The translations under genes were made by a program, and so were the position numbers. The notes beneath the pieces were generated by a model. The model was not told the DNA's origin. It searched no databases and worked only from the letters and a program-made list of their open reading frames with translations. 64,000 nucleotides of DNA, taken from assembly GCA_963813025.1 (NCBI GenBank), contig CAWEXO010000014.1:438481-502480 (forward strand). Reading direction: 5' to 3'. This DNA is from an uncultured Verrucomicrobiae bacterium. Lineage in GTDB: Bacteria > Verrucomicrobiota > Verrucomicrobiia > Chthoniobacterales > JAFAMB01. Position 1 is the first letter of the stretch. Each line of letters starts with the position of its first letter. Of the stretch, positions 1-8,733 are shown piece by piece.

Positions 1-296
1 CGCTGCGCAAACTCTTTGCGGCCCTTCGTCCCGGCGGTTTACTCCTGGTTTTCGAACACAACCCTTGGAACCCAATCACCAGCTGGATGATTCGCCGGAC
101 CGAGGTTGATCGTTACGCAGTGCTCCTCTCACCGGCCACCATGGAGCATTTGGTGATCGAAGCTGGATCGCAGGTGGTTGCCAAGGAATTCTTCCTCTTT
201 TTCCCACCGCGATTTCGCTGGCTTTCCGCTGCGGAGACTTGCCTTCGAATTATCCCGTTGGGCGGACAGTACCTTGTAGCCGCGAGAAAACCGTAG
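1..296 (+). CDS. class I SAM-dependent methyltransferase, 3' part (runs off window start)
   Basis: Frame open from position 3: LRKLFAALRPGGLLLVFEHNPWNP...GGQY; the LxPGG and FEHNPxNP motifs are typical of glycan-locus methyltransferases. Confidence 0.75.
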   Translation, partial: LRKLFAALRPGGLLLVFEHNPWNPITSWMIRRTEVDRYAVLLSPATMEHLVIEAGSQVVAKEFFLFFPPRFRWLSAAETCLRIIPLGGQYLVAARKP

Positions 297-337
297 AAGT
301 TTTGGGAGTGCGCGCGAACAAGTGGTACAGGCTTCCA

Positions 338-675
338 GGGCGTGTCGGACTTTGGGTGATCTGTGGCGCGCGCAATCGAGCTATGGTTCGAAGCGAGGTT
401 AGAGACATGTCTCAACCCGTTTTTGTTCCTGCGCCGGTAGGGCGAAAATTTATTCGAGCGTTAGCGAGAACTTGTTTGAGCCTTCTGGAGCGGGTGGCTC
501 ACCCAAGCGTCCGGCTCGAATAAAGAGATCGTCTCGCAGCACCCAAGGTCGGTAGGGTCAAGCTCCCGCTTGACCTCCTTGGTGTTGGATCAATCTGGAT
601 CCGGACGAGCTGGAGCTCATCCCTACCGCCAATCGACTTGATGGAGCGCTACAGATCCCAAAATCCGACACGCCC
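338..675. mobile_element. non-autonomous MITE-like element (copy 1) inserted in a REP loop
   Basis: TIRs GGGCGTGTCGGACTTTGGG.. (338) and ..CCCAAAATCCGACACGCCC (675), flanked by the direct repeat TTCCA (333-337, 676-680). Removing it restores the hairpin ACAGGC-TTCCA-GCCTGT. Confidence 0.85.
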
Positions 676-766
676 TTCCAGCCTGTCCGATTTTAGGACC
701 GGCAGGATGCCGGTATCACTTTCACGCGCTTGAGAAAGGCTCTAGCCGTCCAGGTAGTACGCCGAT

Positions 767-790
767 GTAGCGCGGACGGCCTCGTCCGTA
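767..790 (+). repeat. REP family B (GTAGCGC[G/C]GACGGCC..GTC) palindrome
   Basis: GTAG foot plus imperfect hairpin; related copies at 3519-3542 (-), 11468-11493, 11575-11600 and 18749-18774. Confidence 0.8.
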
Positions 791-1029
791 TTCCTGAGGG
801 TGCACCGGTGCACCGCGGGTCTCGACGCCGTCATACTCAGAGCGGCCCTCCCTCCCTCGCTAGAGCTATGGCGGACACAGCCAGGACGCGAGCCGCGGGG
901 TGACAGGATTACCGGCGCTAAAGCAGCAGCCTATGCTCTTTCTGCTCCTCCGGAGCGAAGTGGGCAACGCACTGGCGGAGCCAACAGGTTACGTCCCAGG
1001 CCGTCTGCGCTACTTCGTTGCTCAGCTAT

Positions 1030-2595
1030 CTAATTGCCGGGATCAGGCTGCGGACCCCAATCGGGTCCCGGATTGAGCGCAATACCCTGCGGGTTGACGT
1101 TTGTTCCGTTCAGGAACCAGGCGCCCACCGAATAATTCTGTGTGTTAACCCAAAAAATATCAGAAACGGAGCTGCCATCCAGGTTTAAGCCCCCAAAGGC
1201 CTGCCAGCCTGGCGGCGCGGCCATGTTGAGCATCGGCGTAGAGAAGCTCAAGCCGCCGGTAAATGTCCAGAGGCCGACTTGACCGGTCTCCGTGTTTTCC
1301 CAAAGCAAATCGTCACTCGCCTTTCCACTGAAATGCCCGATTCCGCGCAGTCGCCAGTTTAAGGGGGGCGAAGCAAGCGAAACCTCGTTGACGACCTGAA
1401 AGTTGGAAACAAACCATGCACCCACCAAGCCGCTGGTCCTGTTTCTCCAGATAATTTCCGGTATTCCGTCCCCGTTAATGTCCGCCACTCCGACCAAAAC
1501 CCAATCTGTTGGAATTGTGACAGCTGACTTCTCAACGAAAGTTAAGTTGCCGAGGTTTTGGGAGATTACGGCTGTGCCGGAGCTCGGGTCGTATTGCACC
1601 ACGTCCGGATTTCCGTCTCGATCGAAATCCGCAAAAGCTAAAACAGGATAATTGACCGGAAGATTAAAATTTTGGATCGAAGTGACGGTCGGTCCGTTCA
1701 TAAACCAAACTCCGAAACTGCCGCCGGAGCCCGTGTCATGAAACACAATATCCGTCTTACCGTCGTGATTTAGGTCCGCTAACCCCACGATCTGCCAATT
1801 GCTCGACGTTGACCCAATGACCGCGATCTGGTTCACGGTGGTCCCGTTCATCAACCAAACCCCGATTTGGTTGGTCTGATAATTGCGCCACAACAGATCG
1901 CTTTTCCCGTCGCCATTAAAATCCGCTGCCGGAAAGACTTGGCTGACGGCTGCAACTCGCGGTCCATAGAGATATTGTCCTCCGGCAATGTCGTCGGCTG
2001 TAAGATCGTCCGTGTTGCTGATACGCGAGTTCATGATGGCGTTCACCGTCTGGCCTGCTTGGTCGGGATGATCGAGACCAATGAAGTGGCCGAGTTCATG
2101 GAGTGCCACCCGACGGATGTCGATCGGCGATTGCACCAAATCGCCCCGGTACGAATTCCAGGCATCGCTGCTACTAAAAATGATGTCGGCTTCGGCGAAC
2201 GTTTGGGGATTGCCCGTATAATAGTAAATTTCGGTAATCGCCAGCGTTTCGCCTCCCAGGCTATCTCCTCCGGCCGAGGAGCCAAAACCGATCTCATTGA
2301 CACCATCGTTCAATTCGAAGCCATTCGGGTTGGAACCCTCAATCGTCCCGATCTGGAGTCGCTCCAGGTATTGATTCCAGTCGGCGACGGCCGCATCGAA
2401 AACCTGGTCAAAGCTGTTCGAACGGTCGTAGAGCGGGAATGCGGGCAATAGTCCCCCGAGCTTGGACTGCGAAGCGTTCAGGTTAGTATAAATCGTGGGG
2501 TTGGGAATTCCCCAAACGATTCCCTCTAACACGTAGGCCGATGCCTGGGAACAGAGCGCGACCAGCGCGAGAAAGGCTGAATGATAAACTTTCAT
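1030..2595 (-). CDS. secreted matrixin-family (M10-like) zinc metalloprotease with C-terminal FG-GAP/VCBS-like repeats
   Basis: Signal peptide; HELGHFIGLDH zinc motif; Met-turn AIMN; repeated D-x-N/D-x-D-G-x-x-D motifs (ADFNGDGKSD, ADLNHDGKTD, ADFDRDGNPD, ADINGDGIPE). Confidence 0.9.
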   Translation of the reverse strand: MKVYHSAFLALVALCSQASAYVLEGIVWGIPNPTIYTNLNASQSKLGGLLPAFPLYDRSNSFDQVFDAAVADWNQYLERLQIGTIEGSNPNGFELNDGVNEIGFGSSAGGDSLGGETLAITEIYYYTGNPQTFAEADIIFSSSDAWNSYRGDLVQSPIDIRRVALHELGHFIGLDHPDQAGQTVNAIMNSRISNTDDLTADDIAGGQYLYGPRVAAVSQVFPAADFNGDGKSDLLWRNYQTNQIGVWLMNGTTVNQIAVIGSTSSNWQIVGLADLNHDGKTDIVFHDTGSGGSFGVWFMNGPTVTSIQNFNLPVNYPVLAFADFDRDGNPDVVQYDPSSGTAVISQNLGNLTFVEKSAVTIPTDWVLVGVADINGDGIPEIIWRNRTSGLVGAWFVSNFQVVNEVSLASPPLNWRLRGIGHFSGKASDDLLWENTETGQVGLWTFTGGLSFSTPMLNMAAPPGWQAFGGLNLDGSSVSDIFWVNTQNYSVGAWFLNGTNVNPQGIALNPGPDWGPQPDPGN

Positions 2596-2616
2596 GAGTT
2601 CCGATTCTTGGGGACC

Positions 2617-3225
2617 CTATTGGTTCAGCGCTTGGCGAAGTCGACCGGCAAATTGATCCACTGTATCGGCTGACCGCAGATAGCTTCGCGTCGTTGTGTC
2701 CGCCGTTGCCGGGAGATGAGACTTGAAATCCACCTGGGCGGAGACTGGTTGCCCCCAGTACCGATAAACCCGGTCAACCTGGCTTTCATTGTCGTGAATG
2801 ACACGCAATGCGCCCTGTTGCATTCCTAAAACTGGGCTGACCATCGATTTTTCCGGTGAATAAGAGAAGAGAATGTAGCGCTCCCCTACCGCGAACTGGG
2901 GAACCCCGGGAACTTTCAAGCCCCGATCGCCGACTTCGCCGCCGAGGAATTCCAGGGATAAGGTCTGCGCCGCTGGACCTTTGATCGTCGCATTCACTGT
3001 GAAATTCACCCTGGTACGAATCGATTTTACTCCGACCGGCGCGACCCAGTAGGAGTTCACACTCTGGACCGTAGCGTCGACAATCACATCGGCTTGCTGG
3101 GCAATTTGCGGTAGATCCAGGGTTCTGACCGTCGCGCCGTGCACGGACCAGCAGGTGGCCGTCCAGAGGGTTGTGCAGATGAGCAATGACCGTAGATCGA
3201 AGTAACACCGTTTGTTCTGGCTCAT
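2617..3225 (-). CDS. secreted hypothetical protein co-oriented with the protease (resembles N-terminal pre-domains of matrixin-like proteins)
   Basis: Signal peptide, then ATVRTLDLPQIAQQADVIVDATVQSV...GGEVGD..LKVPGVPQFAVGERYILF; 21 bp upstream of the protease. Confidence 0.75.
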   Translation of the reverse strand: MSQNKRCYFDLRSLLICTTLWTATCWSVHGATVRTLDLPQIAQQADVIVDATVQSVNSYWVAPVGVKSIRTRVNFTVNATIKGPAAQTLSLEFLGGEVGDRGLKVPGVPQFAVGERYILFSYSPEKSMVSPVLGMQQGALRVIHDNESQVDRVYRYWGQPVSAQVDFKSHLPATADTTTRSYLRSADTVDQFAGRLRQALNQ

Positions 3226-3360
3226 AACGAAAAGCTTAGACGCCGGTTTTGGAAAAAAGTGACGATATTATTGAAAAGAATCCGAGAGCAAGCCTGCATC
3301 GTTCGCAAATTCCTCGTGATTTGCCGGGCGATGCAGGCTTGCCGCTTTTTTTGTGAAGAA

Positions 3361-3412
3361 TTTTGGAGTGCGGGCGACTTGTCGCCGCTTTAGGATCCGC
3401 GCGGAGCGCGGA
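3361..3412 (+). repeat. GGAG-type REP-like repeat (family D)
   Basis: TTTTGGAGT.CG.GCGACTTGTCGCCGCTTT.GG..CCGCGCGGAGCGCGGA; second copy at 6212-6262. Confidence 0.75.
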
Positions 3413-3562
3413 TGACAGAAGGACGGAACACGAAGCCGGAGTTCCGTGAAGAAGAAACCTGCCGGGTAGCCGCGCTCCGCGCCGGTCTAAAGGCGGCGAG
3501 CATCCACTCGCCAACAATTACGGACGGGGCCGTCCGCGCTACGGCTCCAGCCGCTCAGATCC

Positions 3563-3644
3563 CCGGTAGGGCGAGAATTTATTCGAGCCGTCTTGGGATG
3601 TGGCAACCTCTCCGTGCGGCTCGAATAAATTCTCGCCCTACCGG
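3563..3644. repeat. REPIN, family A (GGTAGGGCGAGAATTTATTCGAGCCG inverted doublet)
   Basis: Perfect 28-bp inverted arms around a short spacer; same sequence as the REPINs flanking the RAYT. Confidence 0.9.
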
Positions 3645-4696
3645 CGCTGCGCCCTCTGAACCCAGGACTCGTGGATTTCTTCAAAGGTCTTTCGAAGGCC
3701 CTTCGTGATCGTCCAGCCGGGGTAATGCGCTTTCATTTTGCGCAAATCAGAAATGTAGCAGATATGGTCGCCGATCCGGTTTTGCTCGACGTATTCGTAG
3801 CGCATCGGCAGACCGGAAATTTCCTCGATCAGTCGGAAGGCTTCCAGGATTGAAATCGAATTTTCGCGGCCGCCTCCAAGGTTGTACACCTCGCCGACTT
3901 TCGGATTCATAAGAAACTGATCGATAAAGCTGGCGACATCGGCCGAGTGAATGTTATCGCGGACCTGTTTCCCTTTGTAACCGAAGACTTTGTACACTGT
4001 GCCCTCGAGATTGCACTTGACTAAGTAGCTCAAAAAACCGTGGAGCTGGACACCGGAATGGCTCGGTCCGGTCAGACAGCCTCCCCTTAAACAGCAACTC
4101 GGCAGGCCGAAATAGCGGCCATACTCCTGAACCATCACGTCGGCAGCCAGTTTTGACGCCCCGAAAACAGAATGGAGCGTCTGGTCGACCGGGAATTTTT
4201 CGGAGATTCCAAAAAAATCCTCGGCATCGGCATAGTCCCAGCGAGTCTCGCGCTCAATCAATGGCAACTGATTCGGGCCATCGCCGTAGACCTTATTGGT
4301 TGATAGATGCACGAATGGCGCTTCGGGAGCGTGACGTCGCACCGCTTCCAAAAGGTTCAACGTGCCTCCGGCATTCACATCGAAATCGTCGAAAGGCCGG
4401 GTGGCAGCTAGATCGTGGCTTGGTTGAGCGGCTGTGTGCACGATTGCCTCGGGCCGTATTTCTGCCACCAACTCGCTCACACCTGACCGATCCCTGATAT
4501 CCAGCGAAAAATGGCGAAACGTCTTGAACTTCTTTTTCAGGTGTTCGGTATTCCAGGACGTATCACCGGCTGGTCCGAAGAAGTCCGCCCGCATGTTGTT
4601 ATCAATGCCATGAACCTCCCAGCCTTCTTCGGCAAAGTAGGTTGCGACCGTGCCGCCGATCAAGCCGCCTGAACCGGTCACCAGAACCTTTCGCAT
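3638..4696 (-). CDS. NAD-dependent epimerase/dehydratase (CDP-paratose 2-epimerase-like extended SDR)
   Basis: GSGGLIG Rossmann motif, [22 protein letters not shown]; start chosen at MRKVLVTG. Confidence 0.88.
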   Translation of the reverse strand: MRKVLVTGSGGLIGGTVATYFAEEGWEVHGIDNNMRADFFGPAGDTSWNTEHLKKKFKTFRHFSLDIRDRSGVSELVAEIRPEAIVHTAAQPSHDLAATRPFDDFDVNAGGTLNLLEAVRRHAPEAPFVHLSTNKVYGDGPNQLPLIERETRWDYADAEDFFGISEKFPVDQTLHSVFGASKLAADVMVQEYGRYFGLPSCCLRGGCLTGPSHSGVQLHGFLSYLVKCNLEGTVYKVFGYKGKQVRDNIHSADVASFIDQFLMNPKVGEVYNLGGGRENSISILEAFRLIEEISGLPMRYEYVEQNRIGDHICYISDLRKMKAHYPGWTITKGLRKTFEEIHESWVQRAQRR

Positions 4697-4747
4697 TGGA
4701 CCTGATACAGGCAGATGCGGCTGGAAGTCAAGGAGTTGCACTAGTTG

Positions 4748-4804
4748 CAGGAGTCAGGAGTCGAGAGTCAGGAGTTCAAGGAGTTCAAGGAGTTCAAGGA
4801 GTTC
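4748..4804 (+). repeat. short tandem repeats (CAGGAGT / GGAGTTCAA)n
   Basis: Direct 7- and 9-mer repeats; reverse-complement tract at ~7954-8008. Confidence 0.8.
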
Positions 4805-4824
4805 ACCCGCTCAACCGCTGGCCA

Positions 4825-4878
4825 TGGCACCGGCATCCTGCCGGTCCTGAAAACCTGACAAGCTGGAAGCTCATCCAC
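4825..4878 (+). repeat. REP family C doublet (GTGG-type: GGCACCGGCATCCTGCCGGT...ACA.GCTGGAAGC)
   Basis: Related to 321-337+676-721, 6372-6418, 6917-6940, 13330-13382 and 21921-21967. Confidence 0.8.
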
Positions 4879-4906
4879 CGGCATTTGCGATTTGTGATAT
4901 GCGATC

Positions 4907-5069
4907 TGCGCGAAGCGCGACAGGAGGTCCGGACTCACCGGGATCACCGAATGATCATGGACGAGTCAATTGTAAGCTTCGGCGCTCTCGCGCTACATCC
5001 CTCCGCTGAAGCCGCTCCCGCCGCTCCCTCCGCTCAGTTGACTGATCCGTTCCCTGGCTGATCAGCTGC
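4907..5069 (+). repeat. ~160-bp repeat, inverted partner of 7776-7937
   Basis: 4907-5047 matches the reverse complement of 7797-7937 with about 4 mismatches by eye; partial third copy at ~12760-12830. Confidence 0.9.
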
Positions 5070-5115
5070 TAACTTTCCCCTTGTGCCTGGCCCACACTTC
5101 CACCACCAATCTAGC

Positions 5116-6186
5116 ATGCGAGTTCTGGTAACCGGCGCCTGCGGGTTTGTCGGATCGAACCTGGTTTCTGCGATTCGGGAACATTCTGCGAGTAACCAGG
5201 TAATCGGGATCGACAATTTTATTCGCCTCGGCACTCACCTCAATCGGAAACGCCTGGAGGCGCTTGGGTGCCGGATTCTATACGGCGATATCCGCTGCCG
5301 GAGTGATCTGGAAAACGTCCCAGCGGTCGACTGGGTGATTGACGCAGCGGCCAATCCCAGCGTGTTGGCCGGGGTCGACGGCCGCTCGACGTCGCGTCAG
5401 GTAATTGAGCACAATCTTTCTGGTACAACCAACATTCTAGAATACTGCCGCGAACATCGAGCTGGACTAATTTTGTTGAGCACGAGCCGAGTTTACTCCG
5501 TGCCGGCATTGGCGGGATTGTCTCTTCTAGAAAAGGAATTTCGCTTCGAGCTGGACTCTGACTTGGCCCAGCCTGTCGGGACGAGCACAGCGGGTCTGAG
5601 TGAGGAATTCAGTACCACAGCCCCAATCTCGCTGTATGGCGCAACGAAGCTGGCCTCGGAAACATTGGCACTCGAATTCGGCCATGCGTTCCAGTTCCCG
5701 GTTTGGATCGATCGCTGCGGAGTGCTCGCTGGGGCCGGACAATTCGGAACGGCCGAGCAAGGCATCTTTGCTTATTGGCTGCACGCCTGGAAAGCGAATC
5801 GCGCGCTCCGCTTTATCGGGTTTGGCGGATCCGGGAAACAGGTCCGAGACGCCTTTCATCCGACCGATCTTGCCCGCTTGGTTCTCTCTCAGCTGCAGGA
5901 TACCGACTACTCCGCGGCCGAACGGATTTGGAACGTCGGAGGCGGTGCGGCGAACTCGATGTCGCTTGCCGAACTCTCTCAATGGGCTTCTCAACGGTTT
6001 GGATCGCGCGAAGTCGCTCGCGATTCGCGGATGAGGCCCTTCGATATCCCCTGGGTGGTGATGGATTTCGCGCGAGCGGCTCACCGGTGGAAATGGGAAC
6101 CCGCGATTGTGCTTCCTGCCTTGCTCGAAGAAATTGCTGAGCACGCGGAACGGTTCCCTGACTGGCTGCAAGTCTGCGCAGCCTGA
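5116..6186 (+). CDS. NAD-dependent epimerase/dehydratase (CDP-paratose 2-epimerase-like SDR), paralog
   Basis: GACGFVG, STSRVYS, YGATK catalytic motif, GKQVRD. Confidence 0.88.
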   Translation: MRVLVTGACGFVGSNLVSAIREHSASNQVIGIDNFIRLGTHLNRKRLEALGCRILYGDIRCRSDLENVPAVDWVIDAAANPSVLAGVDGRSTSRQVIEHNLSGTTNILEYCREHRAGLILLSTSRVYSVPALAGLSLLEKEFRFELDSDLAQPVGTSTAGLSEEFSTTAPISLYGATKLASETLALEFGHAFQFPVWIDRCGVLAGAGQFGTAEQGIFAYWLHAWKANRALRFIGFGGSGKQVRDAFHPTDLARLVLSQLQDTDYSAAERIWNVGGGAANSMSLAELSQWASQRFGSREVARDSRMRPFDIPWVVMDFARAAHRWKWEPAIVLPALLEEIAEHAERFPDWLQVCAA

Positions 6187-6419
6187 CGATCGGAACATGA
6201 TAGCCAGCGGCTTTTGGAGTACGCGCGACTTGTCGCCGCTTTCGGACCGCGCGGAGCGCGGACAGGCAAAACGGAGTGGCAGGGAGAACAGTCAAAGTCA
6301 GATCAACCGATTTTCACAGAAGAACACGGCGCGGCGTAGCCGACAACCAAAGCGGCTGTGCCGAGTCCAGTGACAGGCTGGAAGCCTGTGCCACTTTCCA
6401 CCGTGACACCGGCATCTTT

Positions 6420-6752
6420 GGGCGTGTCGAACTTTGGAAATCTGTGGTACGCCACGACGTGATCGGCGGTAGGGATGAGCTCCTGCTCGTCCCGATTTAG
6501 ACCTGATCAGCATTAAGGAGGTCAAGCAGGAGCTTGACCTGAGCTTGACCTGAGCTTGACCTGAGCTTGACCTGAGCTTGACCTGAGCTTGACCTGAGCT
6601 TGACCCTACCGACCTTGGGTGTCGTGAGACAGCCTCTTTAATTCGCGCCCTACCGGCGCCGGACCAAAGACCCATTGGGACAAGTCTCTAAGCTCCCTTT
6701 TGAACCATAGCTCGGCTGCGCGCGCCAGAGATTTCCAAAGTCCGACAGACCC
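6420..6752. mobile_element. MITE-like element (copy 2, opposite orientation) inserted in a REP-C loop
   Basis: TIRs GGGCGTGTCGAACTTTGGAAATCTGTGG and CCAGAGATTTCCAAAGTCCGACAGACCC; flanks ATCTT(T)/ATCTT; homologous end to end to 338-675; empty site at 13260-13427. Confidence 0.85.
6530..6606 (+). repeat. 11-bp tandem array (GAGCTTGACCT)x7
   Basis: Directly visible; present as a single unit in the homologous element at ~556-575. Confidence 0.95.
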
Positions 6753-6952
6753 ATCTTGCCGGTGAACCTGCAAATTGTCCGGCTTCTCTGAAATCTTCGC
6801 AAAAAAACAACATTTTCACGGACAGTAGTACGAATATCGCTAAGAAGAGAAATCAACTTTGTGCAAGCGAAGCGAAACTTTGTGACCTGTGCGGCCTTCT
6901 GTGGTAAGTCCGACAGACCGGCAGGATGCCGGTGTCACTTGACTTTTGAAAA

Positions 6953-7810
6953 ATGAACAGTTCACCAACGGCTCTGACCCCGGTTGCGGCATCCGATAAT
7001 GCTCCTCTGAAGCTGCTTTCAGTCATCATCCCCGCTCTGGATGAAGAAGGCTGCATCGCCTCGACCGTGGAGCATCTTGACGTCGCGCTGCGGCTTCACG
7101 GGATTCCGCACGAAATTGTTGTTGTGGACGATGGGAGTACGGATAGGACCTGGGCCATCCTCGGTGAGCTGCAGGATCGATTGCCGTCGCTAAAACCGGT
7201 TCGGAACAACGGTGAACACGGCTTTGGACGAGCGGTCCTCTGCGGGTTCCAGCAGATGGCCGGCGACGCTGCCGTGATTATGATGGCCGACGAATCCGAC
7301 GATTGTCGTGATGTGGTTCGTTACTGGCAAAAACTGAATGCGGGTTTCGATTGCGTATTCGGCAGCCGCTTTATCAAAGGTGGCGGGGTTATCGATTATC
7401 CCTGGTTAAAGTTGCAGGTAAACCGCCTGGCGAATTTGTTCTTGCGGCTGCTCTTTGGTATCTCGCTCAACGATACGACCAACGCTTTCAAAGCTTACCG
7501 GCGGACCGTGATCGAGGGCTGCCAGCCTCTCATCGCGCCGCACTTCAATCTTACGGTCGAAATTCCTTTGAAAGCGATTGTTCGAGGATATAGCTGGACC
7601 GTCATCCCGATCACCTGGCGCAATCGCCGGAGCGGCGAAGCCAAGCTGAAAATCAAAGAAATGGGCAGCCGCTATCTCTTTATCTGTTTGTATGTCTGGT
7701 TGGAAAAGTATTTCAGCCGCGGTGACTATCGGAAACGCGCCACTCTTGCCGACACAAACAACGCGGGCCGGGAGGCAGCTGATCAGCTGGGCAACAGATC
7801 AGTCAATTGA
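6953..7810 (+). CDS. GT2 glycosyltransferase (polyprenol-phosphate sugar synthase-like)
   Basis: LSVIIPALDEE, VVDDGSTD, MADESD, GSRF, DTTNAFKAYR. Confidence 0.9.
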   Translation: MNSSPTALTPVAASDNAPLKLLSVIIPALDEEGCIASTVEHLDVALRLHGIPHEIVVVDDGSTDRTWAILGELQDRLPSLKPVRNNGEHGFGRAVLCGFQQMAGDAAVIMMADESDDCRDVVRYWQKLNAGFDCVFGSRFIKGGGVIDYPWLKLQVNRLANLFLRLLFGISLNDTTNAFKAYRRTVIEGCQPLIAPHFNLTVEIPLKAIVRGYSWTVIPITWRNRRSGEAKLKIKEMGSRYLFICLYVWLEKYFSRGDYRKRATLADTNNAGREAADQLGNRSVN

Positions 7811-7937
7811 GCGGAGGGAGCGGCGGGAGCGGCTTCAGCGGAGGGATGTAGCGCGAGAGCGCCGAAGCTTACAATTGACTCGTCCATGATCAGTCGGTGA
7901 TCTCGGTGAGTCCGGGCCTCCTGTCGCGCTTCGCGCA
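7776..7937 (-). repeat. inverted copy of 4907-5069, overlapping the GT2 3' end
   Basis: Reverse complement of 4907-5069. Confidence 0.9.
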
Positions 7938-8048
7938 AAGCGCGGATGCCGGAGGAACTCCTTGAACTTCCTTGAACTCCATGAACTCCTTGAACTCCTT
8001 GACTCCTGATTGCATACCGCAAATCGCCATGCAATATCCGCCTTAGGA

Positions 8049-8714
8049 ATGAACCAAGAGACAGGCAGCGAACTGGCAGTTGAGTACCGGCTCAGGTTTG
8101 CTCAACACGCGGATTATCGGCGCAAAGTTTGGCAGGAGCTATATCGCGTTTACTTTCACCAATTCATCCGAAAGGAAGACACTGTTCTGGACCTTGGATG
8201 TGGGTGGGGAGAATTTATTAACGTTGCTCAGGCCAACAAAAAATACGGGATGGACTTGAACCCGGAATCGGCCAAAATCCTCAATCCTGACATCACTTTC
8301 CTTCATCAGGACTGCTCGACACCTTGGCCAATACCGGCGAATTCACTCGACGTGGTGTTCACGAGCAATTTCTTCGAGCACCTGCCTTCGAAACAACATC
8401 TCAACGCCACAGTGAAGGAAGCTTGGCGAAGTCTGAAGCCGGGCGGCGTATTGATCTGTATCGGCCCAAATATCCGTTACCTTTACAATGACTACTGGGA
8501 CTTTTTTGATCATTATCTGCCTCTCTCGGACCGGGCGATGCAAGAGCTTATGCGGATGACGGGCTTTTCCCGAGTAAAGGTCATTCGAAAATTCCTGCCG
8601 TATACGATGAGTCGGGGCTGGCAACCGCCCTTATTCGTTGTCCGTGCGTACGCCAGTTTGCCTTGGCTATGGCCGATTTTCGGCAAGCAGTTTTTGGTCG
8701 TAGCTACCAAATAG
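8049..8714 (+). CDS. class I SAM-dependent methyltransferase
   Basis: VLDLGCGWG, DVVFTSNFFEHL, LKPGG. Confidence 0.9.
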   Translation: MNQETGSELAVEYRLRFAQHADYRRKVWQELYRVYFHQFIRKEDTVLDLGCGWGEFINVAQANKKYGMDLNPESAKILNPDITFLHQDCSTPWPIPANSLDVVFTSNFFEHLPSKQHLNATVKEAWRSLKPGGVLICIGPNIRYLYNDYWDFFDHYLPLSDRAMQELMRMTGFSRVKVIRKFLPYTMSRGWQPPLFVVRAYASLPWLWPIFGKQFLVVATK

Positions 8715-8733
8715 AGACTAACAAAGGCTTTCC

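Noticed and set aside
3236..3708. Small ORFs in REP-rich spacers (also 6298-6675, 13191-13565, 15590-16205, 16617-16886) sharing peptides such as GRARIYSSR
   Set aside because: The shared peptides are simply REP translations; no independent evidence of coding
6530..6606. Tandem 11-mers (and the 9-mers at 4768-4804 and 7954-8008) as a CRISPR array
   Set aside because: No spacers, units too short, no cas genes
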